This document shows positions 43,486-55,219 of a stretch of 64,000 nt of DNA, in pieces. The notes under the pieces are model-generated. The model had not been told where the DNA came from and did no database searches. It was given only the letters and a program-made list of their open reading frames with translations. The stretch lies in the NCBI GenBank assembly GCA_025558095.1, contig JAIVFI010000009.1, positions 186,001 to 250,000 on the forward strand, written 5' to 3'. Made by a program: the position numbers and the translations under genes. Numbering within the stretch: the first letter of the stretch is position 1; every line of letters starts with the position of its first letter. Origin of the DNA: Hyaloraphidium curvatum SAG 235-1. Its lineage: Eukaryota; Fungi; Monoblepharomycota.

Positions 43486-44883
43486 ATGGCCGCCCTCCTC
43501 TCGAGCCCGCTGGCGAGCACCGCGCTCGGGGCGCTCGACCGCGCCTACTACTTCCTCCGGCTGCAGCCCGGCCGCCCGCTCTTCTTCGCAGACGGATGGG
43601 GCGATGTGCGCCGCGTCCAGGAGTGGGCCACAACCAGGCTCATCGCGAGGCTGGCGGGCAAACCGGGATCGGAGGCATCGGATTGCCCCGCTGCGACCGG
43701 ACGGCCGGCGGGGGCCAGGCCGGCGGTGACGCTGACGCGATTCGCCAAGCTGGACACGATCCCCTCGTACTCGGTCCTGTGGGCCAAGACGGCGGGCGTT
43801 GACCTCTGGGAGGGCGAGTTCCTCAGCCCCGCCGCCGACATCCTGCCCGAGGAATCCAAGACGGTCCACTTCATCTTCGTCACCCCCTCGCCGACCGACA
43901 AAGCTGCCCCGGACTACGCCTCCCGCCTTGCCGCGCACTTCTCCGACCCCGCTTCCAACACCTCCTCCTCCCCCCCCTCCCCCGACGCCCTGGTGATCCA
44001 CCTCCCCGCCACGGGCGAGCAGACCCACGCCCTGCGCCTCGACATCCCCTTCCACCTCGCGCGAACCCGCGGGTGGTGCTCCATCGTTCCCATCGCGGCT
44101 TTCTACGGCTCAAGGCGGCCGGTGGGGCAGGTGCAGCACCACATCCGCACCGTCGCCGGGTTTCTGGCCCAGTCGCTTTCGATCATGACAGAAGCCGCGC
44201 ACCTCGCCTCCCTGGCAGAAAGCCTGTTCCCCAAAGCGGTGGTGGGGATCACTGGCTTTTCCTGGGGCGCAGCAATGGCCGGGTGCGCGGGCCTGATCTC
44301 CTCGGCGATGCTGCCCTCCCGGGGAACGGTGGGCAGGCTGGCGGTGGTCCCCTACGTCGGCTCGTGCTCGCCGACCCCCTTTGTCGACGGGATCCTGCAG
44401 AACGACATCGATTGGGAGGCGCTGCTCCGCGACTCGCGGGCAAACGGGATCCCCGCTGCGCTGGATGTGCAAGACACGGTGCTCCCCGCAATCCTGCCGG
44501 AGGACGCAACGCCGGAGCTGATCCGCGAGCGGCTGTTTGCGGTCATGAACTCGCAGCACTCCGCGCGCTTCGTCGAGGCGCTGAAGCAGCGGAGGTTGCT
44601 GGGCGCCGGGGCGCACGACGTCGGGGGACACCCGGCGGCCGACGACGCCGCGCCGCACATTGATTCGCTCGTGTGCGTGTCGGCGCGGGACGACCACTTC
44701 GTGCTGCCGCAGTATTCCAAGGAGCTCTTCGACCTGCTGGCTTCGGTCACGGTCGACGGGGCGGCCGAGGACGTGCAGGCCACGGGCGGCCACGTCACGG
44801 CGTTCCTGTTCAAGCCGTGGACGTGGTACTCGGCGATCGAGCGTGCCGTCGACCGGCTGCTCCCCAGGGCCAAGGCGAACTAG
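43486..44883 (+). CDS. Alpha/beta hydrolase ABHD18 (DUF2048) family
   Basis: FFADGWG, EGEFLSP...LPEES, IHLPATGE, FYGSRRP, GFSWG nucleophile elbow, ARDD, GGHV. Confidence 0.85.
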   Translation: MAALLSSPLASTALGALDRAYYFLRLQPGRPLFFADGWGDVRRVQEWATTRLIARLAGKPGSEASDCPAATGRPAGARPAVTLTRFAKLDTIPSYSVLWAKTAGVDLWEGEFLSPAADILPEESKTVHFIFVTPSPTDKAAPDYASRLAAHFSDPASNTSSSPPSPDALVIHLPATGEQTHALRLDIPFHLARTRGWCSIVPIAAFYGSRRPVGQVQHHIRTVAGFLAQSLSIMTEAAHLASLAESLFPKAVVGITGFSWGAAMAGCAGLISSAMLPSRGTVGRLAVVPYVGSCSPTPFVDGILQNDIDWEALLRDSRANGIPAALDVQDTVLPAILPEDATPELIRERLFAVMNSQHSARFVEALKQRRLLGAGAHDVGGHPAADDAAPHIDSLVCVSARDDHFVLPQYSKELFDLLASVTVDGAAEDVQATGGHVTAFLFKPWTWYSAIERAVDRLLPRAKAN

Positions 44884-44963
44884 ACGTGTAGCATCTTCCG
44901 GGGTATCTAGACACAGACGCGCTGTACACCATGCCCTCCTAGACAGACCATAGACCTCCGTCG

Positions 44964-46186
44964 TCATCTCGCCGTGTTCATCTCCCCTTCGAGGCTCGCC
45001 CCGGGCCCCAGGAACTTCTCCAGCAGCGCCTTCTTCCTCCTTTCCAGCAAAAACTTGCCCACCTCCTCCTGCGTCGGGATATCGGGCACGTGCGAGACAA
45101 AGGCGTGGTATAGCTGGTGGGCCTCGTCGTCCTCGTCGTCGCCCGCGTCCGGTACCGCCGCGGCGGTGGAGGGGGAGGGCTCCGCGGCGCCGTCGGCGGC
45201 CAGCTTCCGCTTCTTGGCCATCTTGACCGAGACGGGTTCGAGGAGGGCGGCGCTGGCTTCGATGCCGCTTTTTGGCCGGTTGGGACCGTGTGCTGCCGAG
45301 TTATTGTGGTCAGCGGGCGGATCCGGGCGCCCCATGGAGAGGCCACGCACCCTTCTCCTCGACCTTGGCCTCGTAGGCCAGCAGCAGCCCGTCGTCCTCG
45401 TCGCGATAGCCGTAGTAGTCCGCGTCGATGTACCTCCCCAGCTCGGCGCGCGTCTTTTCCTTTGGCTCCGGGGCTGCGCAGCACCGGTCAGCGGATCCCG
45501 CAACTGGCCCCCACCCACGACCACCCACCCTCGACCTCGAACAGCTCCTTCACCCCCGGCAGCTCCCTCGCCCGCCCGAAATACCTGTACCCCCTCTGCC
45601 CGCCGGGGACCTCCCTGCCTTCCTCGTCCAGCATCCGCATGCTCGCGCTCATGTAGTTGGGCCCGCCGAGCTCCCGGATGCGCTTCTCCCAGTGGTGCTT
45701 TTCCCGGAAGAGCTTGTTGATGGCGTCGTTGAGGTCGCGGATTTGGTAGTCGGTGAGGCCGGCTGGGGAAAGGGGCGTGAGGTGAGCATCTGGCTTTGAG
45801 GGCACGGAGAACTAAAAGAGTGGGGGAATCGCGCGAATAGCCGAGCTGCCGAGCATCCTAGAGCGGCAAAGCAGGATATGGAAGGGCCGGAGGAGGCCCA
45901 AGCCGTCCTCTCCGCAGTTGCGGCCAGGCGGATAACCACCGCTCTCCCATCCCCACGGCACCGGAATCCCGCCCTCCACCCGACACCCACGGTCCTGAAT
46001 TCTCGCCACCTCCCGCGTGATCTCCTTGACGATCTGGCTGCGCCATTTCTCGCAGCCGCTGATCGTGTCGACCATCGACGCGAGGTACGGCCGCTTCTCG
46101 TTCTCGTCGCCCAGGCCGAGCTCGGCGCGCTGCGCCTCGCGGAAGCGGTACAGCATCGACTGCGCTTTCTCCTGGTTGCGCGCCAT
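44964..46186 (-). CDS. ISY1: Pre-mRNA splicing factor ISY1, 3 introns
   Basis: MARNQEKAQSMLYRF, DYQIRDLNDAINKLFREKHHWE, GYRYFGRARELPGVKELF, YYGYRDEDDG. Confidence 0.95.
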
Positions 46187-46300
46187 CTTAAGGAACGGAG
46201 GGAGGAGCAGGGAGGGGAGGGGAAGTGGAGTCCGATGTCGCGGCGAGTAGTACGCTTCCGGCCGCAAACATTGATCGCCCTCCTCCACGCCGAGATCGCA

Positions 46301-47087
46301 ATGGGCGGCAACGCGTCCAAGGCCGCGACGGAGGCCGCGTCCGTCACGCGGCGGTACCCTGCCGCAGCCCCGGCGCCGCCGTCGCCCGCCCCCGCCCCAG
46401 CCCCGGCCGCCGTGCGGCCCTCTCCCGCGCAGGCAACACCCCCTCCGCCGCCTCCCGACAACCCGGACCAGCTGACCCCAGAGGAGGAGGCGGCTGTAGA
46501 ACGTAACCGTCCACGTTGCAGCTTTCCCCGTTTTCCCTCTGACCGGGATCGCGGATCGGACAGGCGACGTGCGCGACATGCGCGTGGGCCACTCGCTCGC
46601 CGGCCTCAAGTTCGAGAACGTCGGCCGCGCCGTGCAGCCGGAGCAGTTCGTCCGCAAGGTATTCCTCGGCGCGATCCCGTGTCTTCAGAGGTCCGACATC
46701 ACTTCGTTTCAGGACAACGAGCTCATGGACGTCGTCCGCGGCCGCGCCGCGCGCTCGCGCAGGCTGCAGAATCCGTACCTCAACCCGCCCTCCGCCGGCA
46801 CCGCGCCGGGCACCGCGCCGGACGCCGGCGCCCCCGCGCCGCGGAAACGCCTCCTCGTCACCGAGGTCGAGGACCTCGTGGGCATCACCACCCGGCGCCG
46901 CCTCGCGCGCGGCGAATGGACCCCCGAGCAGGCCGGCGCGCGGTACGGCATCGCGGGGCGGGACGTCGAGGCGCTGCTGCGGTACCTGAACGCGCCGACG
47001 GTGGAGCAGGGCAAGGAGGAGGGGAAGCTGGAGGGGTGGTGGACCGAGCCGGACGAGAAGGGGAGGATGGCCAGGCCAAAGGGGTGA
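46301..47087 (+). CDS. Putative NDUFAF4-like complex I assembly factor, 2 introns
   Basis: Myristoylation-type MGGNASK; C-terminal EWTPEQAGARYGIAGRDVEALLRYL resembles the NDUFAF4 WT.EKI...Y.L....V..LLKYF motif. Confidence 0.5.
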
Positions 47088-47241
47088 TTGATTACGCCAG
47101 GGATCGCAAGGCGGTGCGGCGGAAGCGATGTGGCTCTGTCAGGGTGGATCTGGATCTGCGTCTTCAATCTGGAATCATTCGCATACCGAACTGCACTGCA
47201 CTGAACGTTCCTATCCTTCCGTGCCCGCCCACCGCGGGCCT

Positions 47242-49327
47242 TCAAACGGTTTCCGCCCTGCCATCGTTCTCCACGTTGCTCAGCCTGGACCTCTTCCTCG
47301 CCGGGCTCTTCCCCGCCTGCCCCGCCTGGTGCCCCCTCGCCGGCCCAGCCGCGTTCCTCTCCCTCAACGGGCTCCTCACGCTCCGCAGCGGCCCCTTAAC
47401 AGGCACATGCTGCCCCTCCCCGCCCCTCTTCCGCGCCGCCCTCCGCGCAACCTCCCGCGCAACCTCGGCCGCCGCCTCCGCGGGCTCCCAGTCGCCCCCC
47501 TTGAGCTCCACGCGCAGGTCCTCCCCGGCCTTGGAGTCCCAGTACTCCCTCGCCAGCCCCGCCGCGTCGCACCCCGGTGGAAGCACGTTCTTCAGCTCCC
47601 TCTCGAGCCTCGCGGCGCGCCGCGAAAGGGCCAAGCGCCGCATCTTGAGCCTTTCCGCGACGCCGGCGTCGATCCGCTCCTCCAGCATCCGCGCGAGCTC
47701 CGCGTCCTTCCCCCCCGGCGGCGCCGCCGGCGAGCGTTCGAGCCATGCGAGCACCGCCGGATCGGACAGCAGCGCGTCGCGCCCGCGGGCCCCGACGAGC
47801 AGCTTCGCGCACGCGGTGCGGAGGTGCTCCGCCCTCGCGCGCGAGAAGGCGGGAATGCGCCGGGATGCGCCGCGGGGTGAAGCGAGGAGCAGCGAGGAAA
47901 GCAACCGCGCGGGGTCGGTGCATTCCGCCGAAGAGAGCGCCAGGTGCGCAAGCTGCCCGCGGCGGACCAGGGAAAAGTCCAGGGAGAGGGAGGAAAAGTC
48001 GGCGCCGGGGAGCAGGTCCTCGGGGTGCAGGGAGACGGGATCGCACCGCAGCACCGGGTCCGAGGCGCCCTCGCGCACGAGGCGGAGGGAGAGGGCGAGG
48101 GCGACCGCGGGTTCGCCATCCTGTGCTTCGGCTGGGGCGTCCTCGGGCTTGTCGGGCCGCTTTTTGGCCGGCGGTATGCGGAAGGTGCAGAGCCGCGGCA
48201 GCTCGGGCTCGTCGTCCTCCGCCTCGGCGTCCTCGCCTTTGTCGGCCTCATCGGCCGAGACGGCCGGGGCCGCCAGCCGCCCCACCGGCGCAGCCAGCAT
48301 CTTCCCCCCCGCCCCGTACGTAAGCCTGATGCACCCCACCGCCGCCGGCGCAACCGGCGCCCCACCCCCCGCCGGCACGAGCCCGTGCTCCCCCGCGTGC
48401 ACCTCGGCCACCGACACCTCGACCGCCCACCCGCTTCCTTCAGACCCGATCCCCTTATGCGCGGCGGCCCACTCCCGCGCGGGCGCTTCGCCCTCGAACA
48501 GCGCACTCGCGGTCGCCCTGGCGTACAGGACGTGCACCGAGACGTCGGTGCCCGCGTCGCACTGGAACGCAAAGTCGGAGGAGAGGGCCGAGGAGAGGTC
48601 CGAGGCGGGAGGGGGGGAGGATGGGCGCTCGGAGCGGGTGGCGTAGCCGAGGACAAAGTCGGGCGTTGTTATCTGCGCCGGGGACGGTGGGTGGATTAGT
48701 GCTCTGCCGAGGGGGTGAGGGCAGCGGCGGGCGACGCACCTTCCTGCACACCCATTTCGACCCGTCCTCGGCGATCCAAAAGTCCCTGCCACTCGGCACG
48801 GGCGCGTCGTCGAACACTAGCGGCTGGTGGTAGCCCATGTGCCTGAGCGGGATGCGTTCCAGCACGGCGGGCTCCATCCTCCCCTGCCTGGCCTCGAACC
48901 GCACCGCGCCGGCCGGGTCCCTGGCGAGCCGCTCGAGGGCGCAGGTCCAGAAGATGCGGTCGGAGTGCATTGTGTAGACGGGCAGCGAGGCCAGCTGCGA
49001 GGGGAACTGGCCGCCGGGGGGGTCGCCGAAGGGGTCGACAGCCTGGAAGCACAGGGCGCCCGAGGCCGGGTCGAATGCGACGGCCTTCATGTGCACGCGC
49101 TGCGCCGGGCGTTCCCCGTCTGCGGCGGCCGGGGCGTCCGCGCCGTCGCCCGGGTGGGGCGCGCCGCCGCCAAACACGAGGAACCAGTCGCCGGCCGCCC
49201 CGAGCGCGGCCCACACGTGGCCGTCGACCGCCGCGCGGCTGCCGCGCGACACGCCGCGCAGCGCCCACGCGGTGCGGAACGGCAGGCCGCGCAGCACAAC
49301 GCGGAGCGCGGCCTCGAACGGACCCAT
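47242..49327 (-). CDS. Hypothetical protein with N-terminal F-box-like motif, intron ~48673-48739
   Basis: EAALRVVLRGLPFRTAWALRGVSRGSRAAVD; two long GC3-rich exons joined by AAG|GTGCGT...GCAG|ATA. Confidence 0.6.
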
Positions 49328-49425
49328 GCTATTTGCTATCGGTGCGGATTCAGAACCGTCACCAACCGCCGCGCGGCTGTTCGGGACGCACGCCCCAGCA
49401 TCCATCGCATTCCTGTCCTTTGGAA

Positions 49426-50378
49426 ATGTCCAGCAAGGGCAAGGAAAACCCCGCGCCCAAGTCCTCCCTGGACGCCAAGCCCGCCGGCGTCTCCAAGCGC
49501 CGCAACGTCCGCAAGAGAAAGGCCCCCACGCCGCCCGAGGAGGCCTTCGTTCCCACAAAGACGTGGTACCAGGACGGCGCGTCCTACTGGGCATCCGTAC
49601 CCGCGACCGTGGACGGCGTGCTGGGCGGGTTCGCGGAGCTGTCGGATCCGGACGCGGATGGGAGCCTGGCGTTCGTGGAGCCGTTCTTCGGCGGGGAGAA
49701 GCCGCGGCTGTCGCGCGAGGGAAGGGCGTGCGGTATGAAGGCTCCCTCGGGTTCGAAGTGCGGGAGCTGATTGCGGCGGCAGACTGCGGGGCGGGCATCG
49801 GACGCGTGTCCAAGGTGTTCCTGCTCAAGGTCTTTAAGTCCGTGGACCTGGTCGAGCAGGACCCCGCGTTTCTGAAGACCGCCGAGACCGAGTTCCTTGG
49901 CGACCTGAAGGACCGCGTGGACAAGTTTATCTGCATGGGGCTGCAGGATTTCACGCCCGAGGAGGGGCGCTACGAGGCCATCTGGTCGCAGTGGTGCCTC
50001 GGGCACTTGACTGATGGTGGGGGCCCCCGCTTGCACCGGCACCCGTCCCTTCTCACACGGCCGCAGACGACCTCGCCGCCTTCTTCCGGCGCTGCAAGCG
50101 CGGCCTCGTCCCCGGCGGCATGGTCTTTGTCAAGGAGAACATCACCCGCGGCACGACGCACGACGTGGACCGGAACGACAGCAGCGTCACGCGGTCGGAC
50201 GCGCTGATGAAGGAGATTTTCGAAAGGGCGGGGCTGAAGCTGGTGGTGGAAAAGGTGCAGGAGGGATTCCCGGCCGAGATCTTCCCGGTCAAGATGTGGG
50301 TCGCTTGCCACGTGCAGATAGTTGCGTCGCCAACACGCGCCTTCCAGGTACGCCCTCGAGCCGAGCGACGAAGAATAG
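49426..50378 (+). CDS. NTMT1: Alpha-N-terminal protein methyltransferase (NTMT1/Tae1), 3 introns
   Basis: YWASVPATVDGVLGG, DCGAGIGRV, GLQDFTP, IWSQWCLGHLTD, VKEN, DSSVTRS, FPVKMYAL. Confidence 0.95.
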
Positions 50379-50469
50379 ATTAGACGACACAGCTATACAG
50401 GGTATTGGCTTTATCGAGGGTATTTCGGGGAGCTGGTTCCCACTTCCACGCGAGTCCTGCAGAGGAGGG

Positions 50470-51178
50470 TCACGCGAACTTGATCCCCGATTCGCTGTAG
50501 TCGTTGCCCTGGAACACGGTCGCCTTGCCCTGCTTGCTCAGTATGTCCAGCACCCGCATCATCAGCACCTCGTCCAGCATCCTGAAGTCTGCCGCCGACA
50601 AGGCTCCAGCACCCGACTCCCGCGCCCGCAGCACAATCAACCCACCCTGGTCCGCCCACAAATCCCCGTGCTGCACCTCGTACACCGTCACGATCGAACC
50701 CCCCAGCCCCCTCGACGCCGCGTGCGCGTGCAAAGCAGAGGCCCACTCCTCGGGGCGGCGCCACCACACCGCGCACCGCAGCCGCGCGGGATCGAGGTAT
50801 TCCGCCCTGCCGCGCGCGGCGAGGTCGTCCATGACCGCGCGTATGCCGTCCAAGGGGAGGTATCCTATGACCGGGGGTCAGAACGACGCGTTGCGGACGT
50901 GTCCGAGGTGGACGACGCGCACTCCTCAGCTTCTCGTTCCGGAACAGCCCCCCCCTGCCTTCCCACTCCGCCAGATCCATCACCGTGACCCCCGCCGCGC
51001 GGCAGAACGACAGCACGACGTCTCCCCACAGCTGCAGCTGCTTCTGCCGCGTGTCGAGGTTGGGCTGCAGCCTGCCGGGGGGTTGGCGCCGCGCGGGGAG
51101 CGATGCGCGGCGGACGCACGTATAGAAGGGCGGGAAGTCGTGGATCGACGGGAATTGGTAGCCCGGCGGGGCGTCCAT
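50470..51178 (-). CDS. VPS25: ESCRT-II subunit VPS25, 3 introns
   Basis: FPSIHDFPPFYTLQPNLDTRQKQLQLW, WRRPEEWA, GIKF. Confidence 0.95.
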
Positions 51179-51329
51179 CGTCGGGGCGACGCGTGACTGA
51201 TGGCGCGAGAATGCTCGGACACCGATCCCCCGATCGCATACCCGCCCGCGCCGCCACGGCCAGCTCGACCAGATATATAGCGTCCGCACGCGGGTGCGGG
51301 CTGCGAGGAATCACCACCGAAACATCCGC

Positions 51330-52928
51330 ATGGCCGCCCGCCGGGATGCGGGCGCCGCGCCGCGCGTCCGCCCCGCGGCCGCGATAAGGGTGGCGCTCCT
51401 GGCGCTGCTCCTCGCGCCGCATCTCGGGGCGATCGCCGCGCCGCACGCGTCCAAAGCTGCCGCGCAACCCGCGATGGCTGCTCGTACTGCTCCGGTCTTT
51501 GCCCCCTTCGCCGCAAAGAAGCATAAGGGCGGGGAGGACCCGCCGAAGGAGGACCCGCCCGCGGGAGACCCGCCCAAGGAGGACCCGCCCACGACGGACC
51601 CGCCCCGCAACCTGTACAACTGGCTCGACGATGCCTTCGCCACCGGCGGCCTGGTCTGCTGGACGCTGCAGCCGATCCCCCAGATAATCAAGAACTACCG
51701 GGACTCCTCCACGTACGGCCTGTCTCCCTGGCTGTTTCTCACCTGGAGCATCGCCTCCTTCTTCGGGGAGGGCAGCTACTCCATCGCCCTCAAGCTGCCC
51801 CTGGGCCTGGTCCTGCAGGGCCTGCTCGGCGGCTGGATGCTCTCGGTGTGCCTGGGCCAGTGCCTGCACTACTCCTTCGGCTGGGGCATCGGCTCCTCCT
51901 GGGCCTTCACCTCGGCCTACATCGCCGCGCTGAGCGTCGCCTCCTATTTCGTTGGAATCTGGCTGGGCACGCAGGACGAGGCGTTCGAGTCCGTGTGGGG
52001 GAGCGCGATCGTGGGCCTCAACGCCTTCGGGCTGCTCACGCAGTATTGGGAAATCATCAAGCTCAAGCGGGTGCTGGGCACGTCGTCGTTTTTCCTCGCG
52101 CTGGACATCGTGGGGGGGATCCTGTCGATGCTCTCGCTGGTGTTCCACTACCTCGCGAGGCCCGAGAACCCCTTCGAATGGGTGGGTTTCGTGGCGCGAG
52201 GCAGGCAACGAATCGCCGCTCATTCACCGCGCCGCACGCAGATCTACTTCTTCAACTTCGGTGCCATCGTCGTGCTGGAAGCCGGCATCGCCATCCTCTA
52301 CGCCTGGGTCGAAGGCTGCGGCCGGCGCGAGATCGAGGAGGACGAGGCGCTCGAGAAGGCCCTGGAGATCGAAAAGGCCGGGATCGAGGGCGAGACGACC
52401 GACCTCCTCGGCCCGGAAAGCATCTCTGCCTCCCGGGAAGGGGAAGCGGAGCCGGCTGAGTCGACGCCGCTGCTACCCGAGGCCAGGAAGCCCCCCCGCC
52501 CGCGCGTGGTGCGCTCCAGCACGCTCCCCCACACGGGCGCGGCGATCGCGATCGCCGTGCCGCAGCAGCCCATGCCGGCGGACCACCCGATGCACGCGAC
52601 CTTCCGCGCCCGGCCGGCGGGGTTCGTCGGGGAGGGGCCGGTGATGCGCGCTGACGACATCAGGAAGCTGATCGAGGAGGCGGACGTGGAGGAGGAGAAG
52701 ATCGTGGCGAGGATGGATCCGCGGAGGGGGAGGGCGATGGTGAGGAGGAGGAACACGGTGGACAAGGGGACGGGGCAGGAAGGCGCGCCGGCTCCCAGGG
52801 CTGCGAGGACGGGGACGGGGGGTTCGGATCGGCCACCGGCGCCCGAAGCCGGCAGGGCTGCGAGGACGGGGACGGGAGGGTCGGATCGGCCGCCGGCGCC
52901 CGAAGCCGGCAGCTCGACCGGTGCCTAG
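51330..52928 (+). CDS. PQ-loop repeat transporter with N- and C-terminal extensions, in-frame intron 52183-52242
   Basis: CWTLQPIPQIIKNYRDSSTYGLS; second loop LLTQYWEIIKLKRVLGTSSFFLALDIVGGILS; start may be 51474. Confidence 0.88.
   Translation: MAARRDAGAAPRVRPAAAIRVALLALLLAPHLGAIAAPHASKAAAQPAMAARTAPVFAPFAAKKHKGGEDPPKEDPPAGDPPKEDPPTTDPPRNLYNWLDDAFATGGLVCWTLQPIPQIIKNYRDSSTYGLSPWLFLTWSIASFFGEGSYSIALKLPLGLVLQGLLGGWMLSVCLGQCLHYSFGWGIGSSWAFTSAYIAALSVASYFVGIWLGTQDEAFESVWGSAIVGLNAFGLLTQYWEIIKLKRVLGTSSFFLALDIVGGILSMLSLVFHYLARPENPFEWVGFVARGRQRIAAHSPRRTQIYFFNFGAIVVLEAGIAILYAWVEGCGRREIEEDEALEKALEIEKAGIEGETTDLLGPESISASREGEAEPAESTPLLPEARKPPRPRVVRSSTLPHTGAAIAIAVPQQPMPADHPMHATFRARPAGFVGEGPVMRADDIRKLIEEADVEEEKIVARMDPRRGRAMVRRRNTVDKGTGQEGAPAPRAARTGTGGSDRPPAPEAGRAARTGTGGSDRPPAPEAGSSTGA
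52797..52911 (+). repeat. 57-bp tandem duplication in coding sequence (RAARTGTGGSDRPPAPEAG x2)
   Basis: Directly visible two-copy repeat with few substitutions. Confidence 0.9.
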
Positions 52929-53065
52929 GATACTGGATGCTTTGTTTATGGCTGGATATTGTCGTGGCGGTAGATTTGGGCCCAGTGCGGCGCCGCATGC
53001 CGGGGATTCGAGGCGTTTTTCCTGTTCGCTCCCGGTTCTGTCTCAAACACTCAACCAAACAGACC

Positions 53066-55144
53066 ATGTCCGATACGACGACGAACGGCTACGGGGCCGT
53101 CGACGCCGGCCGGCCGTCTTCCAAGACAATACATGACGACATCTGGGGCGTCATGGACCTGCCCGGCTTCCTCGTCGACTTCATCGACACCCCCTCGTTC
53201 AAGCGGTGCGAATCCCTGCCGCGCGGGCTGCGCCTTCCCCGCTGACGGCCCGCTTCGCTAGGCTGAAGAGGATCAAGCAGCTTGGAACGTGCTACGAAGT
53301 CTGGTGGGCGCGCGCCCGGGATGCGGGCGGGAGCGGGGCGAATTGAACGGACGCTGCAGGACCGGGGCCACCCACAACCGCTTCGAGCATTCCCTCGGGG
53401 TGGGCCGGACCTCAGCGCCACATTATGGCGCTTCCTGATCTCTGTTCGCGGGCCCGCCCGGGCAGACTTCCCACCTCGCCTCGCGCCTCCTGAACCGCTT
53501 CATCAAGGAGCAGCCGGGGCTCGAGATCTCCCCCTCCGAGTACCGCTGCGTGGGACTGGCGGCGCTCCTACACGACCTGGGTCACGGAATCCTGTGAGAC
53601 GGGCCGGACGGCGCGGCGGACGCGGGTGCTGACCGCCGTCGAGTTCGCACGTCTTCGACAACACCTTCTTCCCCCTCGCACGGAAGGGCGAAACATGGTC
53701 CCACGAGGAGATGAGCCTGAAGATGTTCGACTACACGGTGGACAGCAACGCGTTCGACATCCCCGAGGAGGAGTGCCGGTTCATCAAGGACCTGATTGAC
53801 GGCAAGCCGACCCTTTCGCAACGACGCGACCGAGGTTTTCTTTTCGACATTGTCGCCAGTGGGTCTTTTTGGGGGGGGAGCGCCAAGGCACAGCTGATAT
53901 GCTGGTTCATCAGACAAGCGCAACTCGATAGACACCGACAAGTGGGACTAGTGAGTCGCTCGGCGTTTCCTGTCGCCACTCAAGAACTGACCTTGGCATA
54001 GCATCACGCGAGATTGCCGAAATCTCAACATGCCGGGGTAGGCACGCAGTCCGGGTGGAAAGGCGAAGAAGGCCTTACACGCCGCCAGCTACGACATCGA
54101 GCGGCTCATGGCGAACGCCTGGGTCTTTGATGACCAGATCTGCTACGCTTGGAAATCGCCCGAGGATGTGCTCGGTACGGTGCTCCCTGTTGCGTGGTGG
54201 CGGACGTTGACGAGAGCTCTCGTACAGACTTCTTCCAAACCCGTTTCCGCCTCCACCGGAAAGTTTACGGACACGCCGTGGCAAAGGTATGACAAATGCC
54301 AGTATCTTAAGCCAAAAGCACTGCTGATCAGAGCATCCCTCTGCAGGGCTACGAGTACATGTACGTGGACGCGATGATCGCGGCCGACGAGTACCTCGGG
54401 ATCAGCGAGAGCGTCCACGACCCGGAGAAGTTCGTGACCATGACCGATGGCGTCTTCGACACCATCCGGATGCTCCGACGAAAGGTCCCCGAGCTGGAAA
54501 AGGCGGGCGCGATCCTGGACAAGATCGACAAGCGGCAGCACTACCGCAGCGTGGATGCCATGATCATCCCGCCCGAAGCTCGGGCCAAGGTCACGAGGGA
54601 CGAGGTTACTGCCAGGGCAATTGTGAGCTTCCGTCCGAATGCTGGCTTCAGCGAGGACGAAATCATCGTCGACTGGTTGGAGCAAAAGTACTCGCCGCTC
54701 GGAGACGGAGAAGGCCATCCGCTGGAGAACGTCAAGTTCTACAAACGGAGCGAGGACGTGGCGGTCACCATCCATCCGAGCACCTTCAGCAACGTCCTAC
54801 CTTCGGTCTTTACTGACCTGCGCGTGAGGTGTTTCTTGAAGGACTCGGACCGAGCTCGCGTCGCCCAGCTGCAGGTTGTTTTCCGGGAGTTCATGGACGA
54901 CATCTGGGACAGATTCGGACTGCGGCATGATAGCCCGGGCAGCCAGTCGGCTGCCGACCTCTTCGTGTCGGAGAGACGGAGGGACACACTGCCTGCGCTG
55001 CAGCCCAACCAGCTGCTCACGGCCGGGCTCGGAGAGAGCAGCCCGCGGAAGCGGAGGCACTTCGGCGACCGGGACACGGACAGGGAGAGCACCCCGACGT
55101 CGAGCCCGGAGCGTTTCCAGAATCGAAAGCGGGCGGCGCGATAG
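53066..55144 (+). CDS. SAMHD1-like HD-domain dNTP triphosphohydrolase (no SAM domain), 9 introns
   Basis: [77 protein letters not shown]. Confidence 0.92.
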
Positions 55145-55219
55145 ATGGAATGCAGAGCGTTGTCTCGCCGACCCAACCATGATGGAATCTCTGAATACAT
55201 GGCTCTGTCCCTCTTTCAC

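Noticed and set aside
45878-48646. Very long alternative ORFs (922 aa here; also 13641-16025, 18760-20820, 24745-26655, 27687-29582)
   Set aside because: Arg/Pro/Ala-rich shadow frames of real genes, expected at high GC; no motifs
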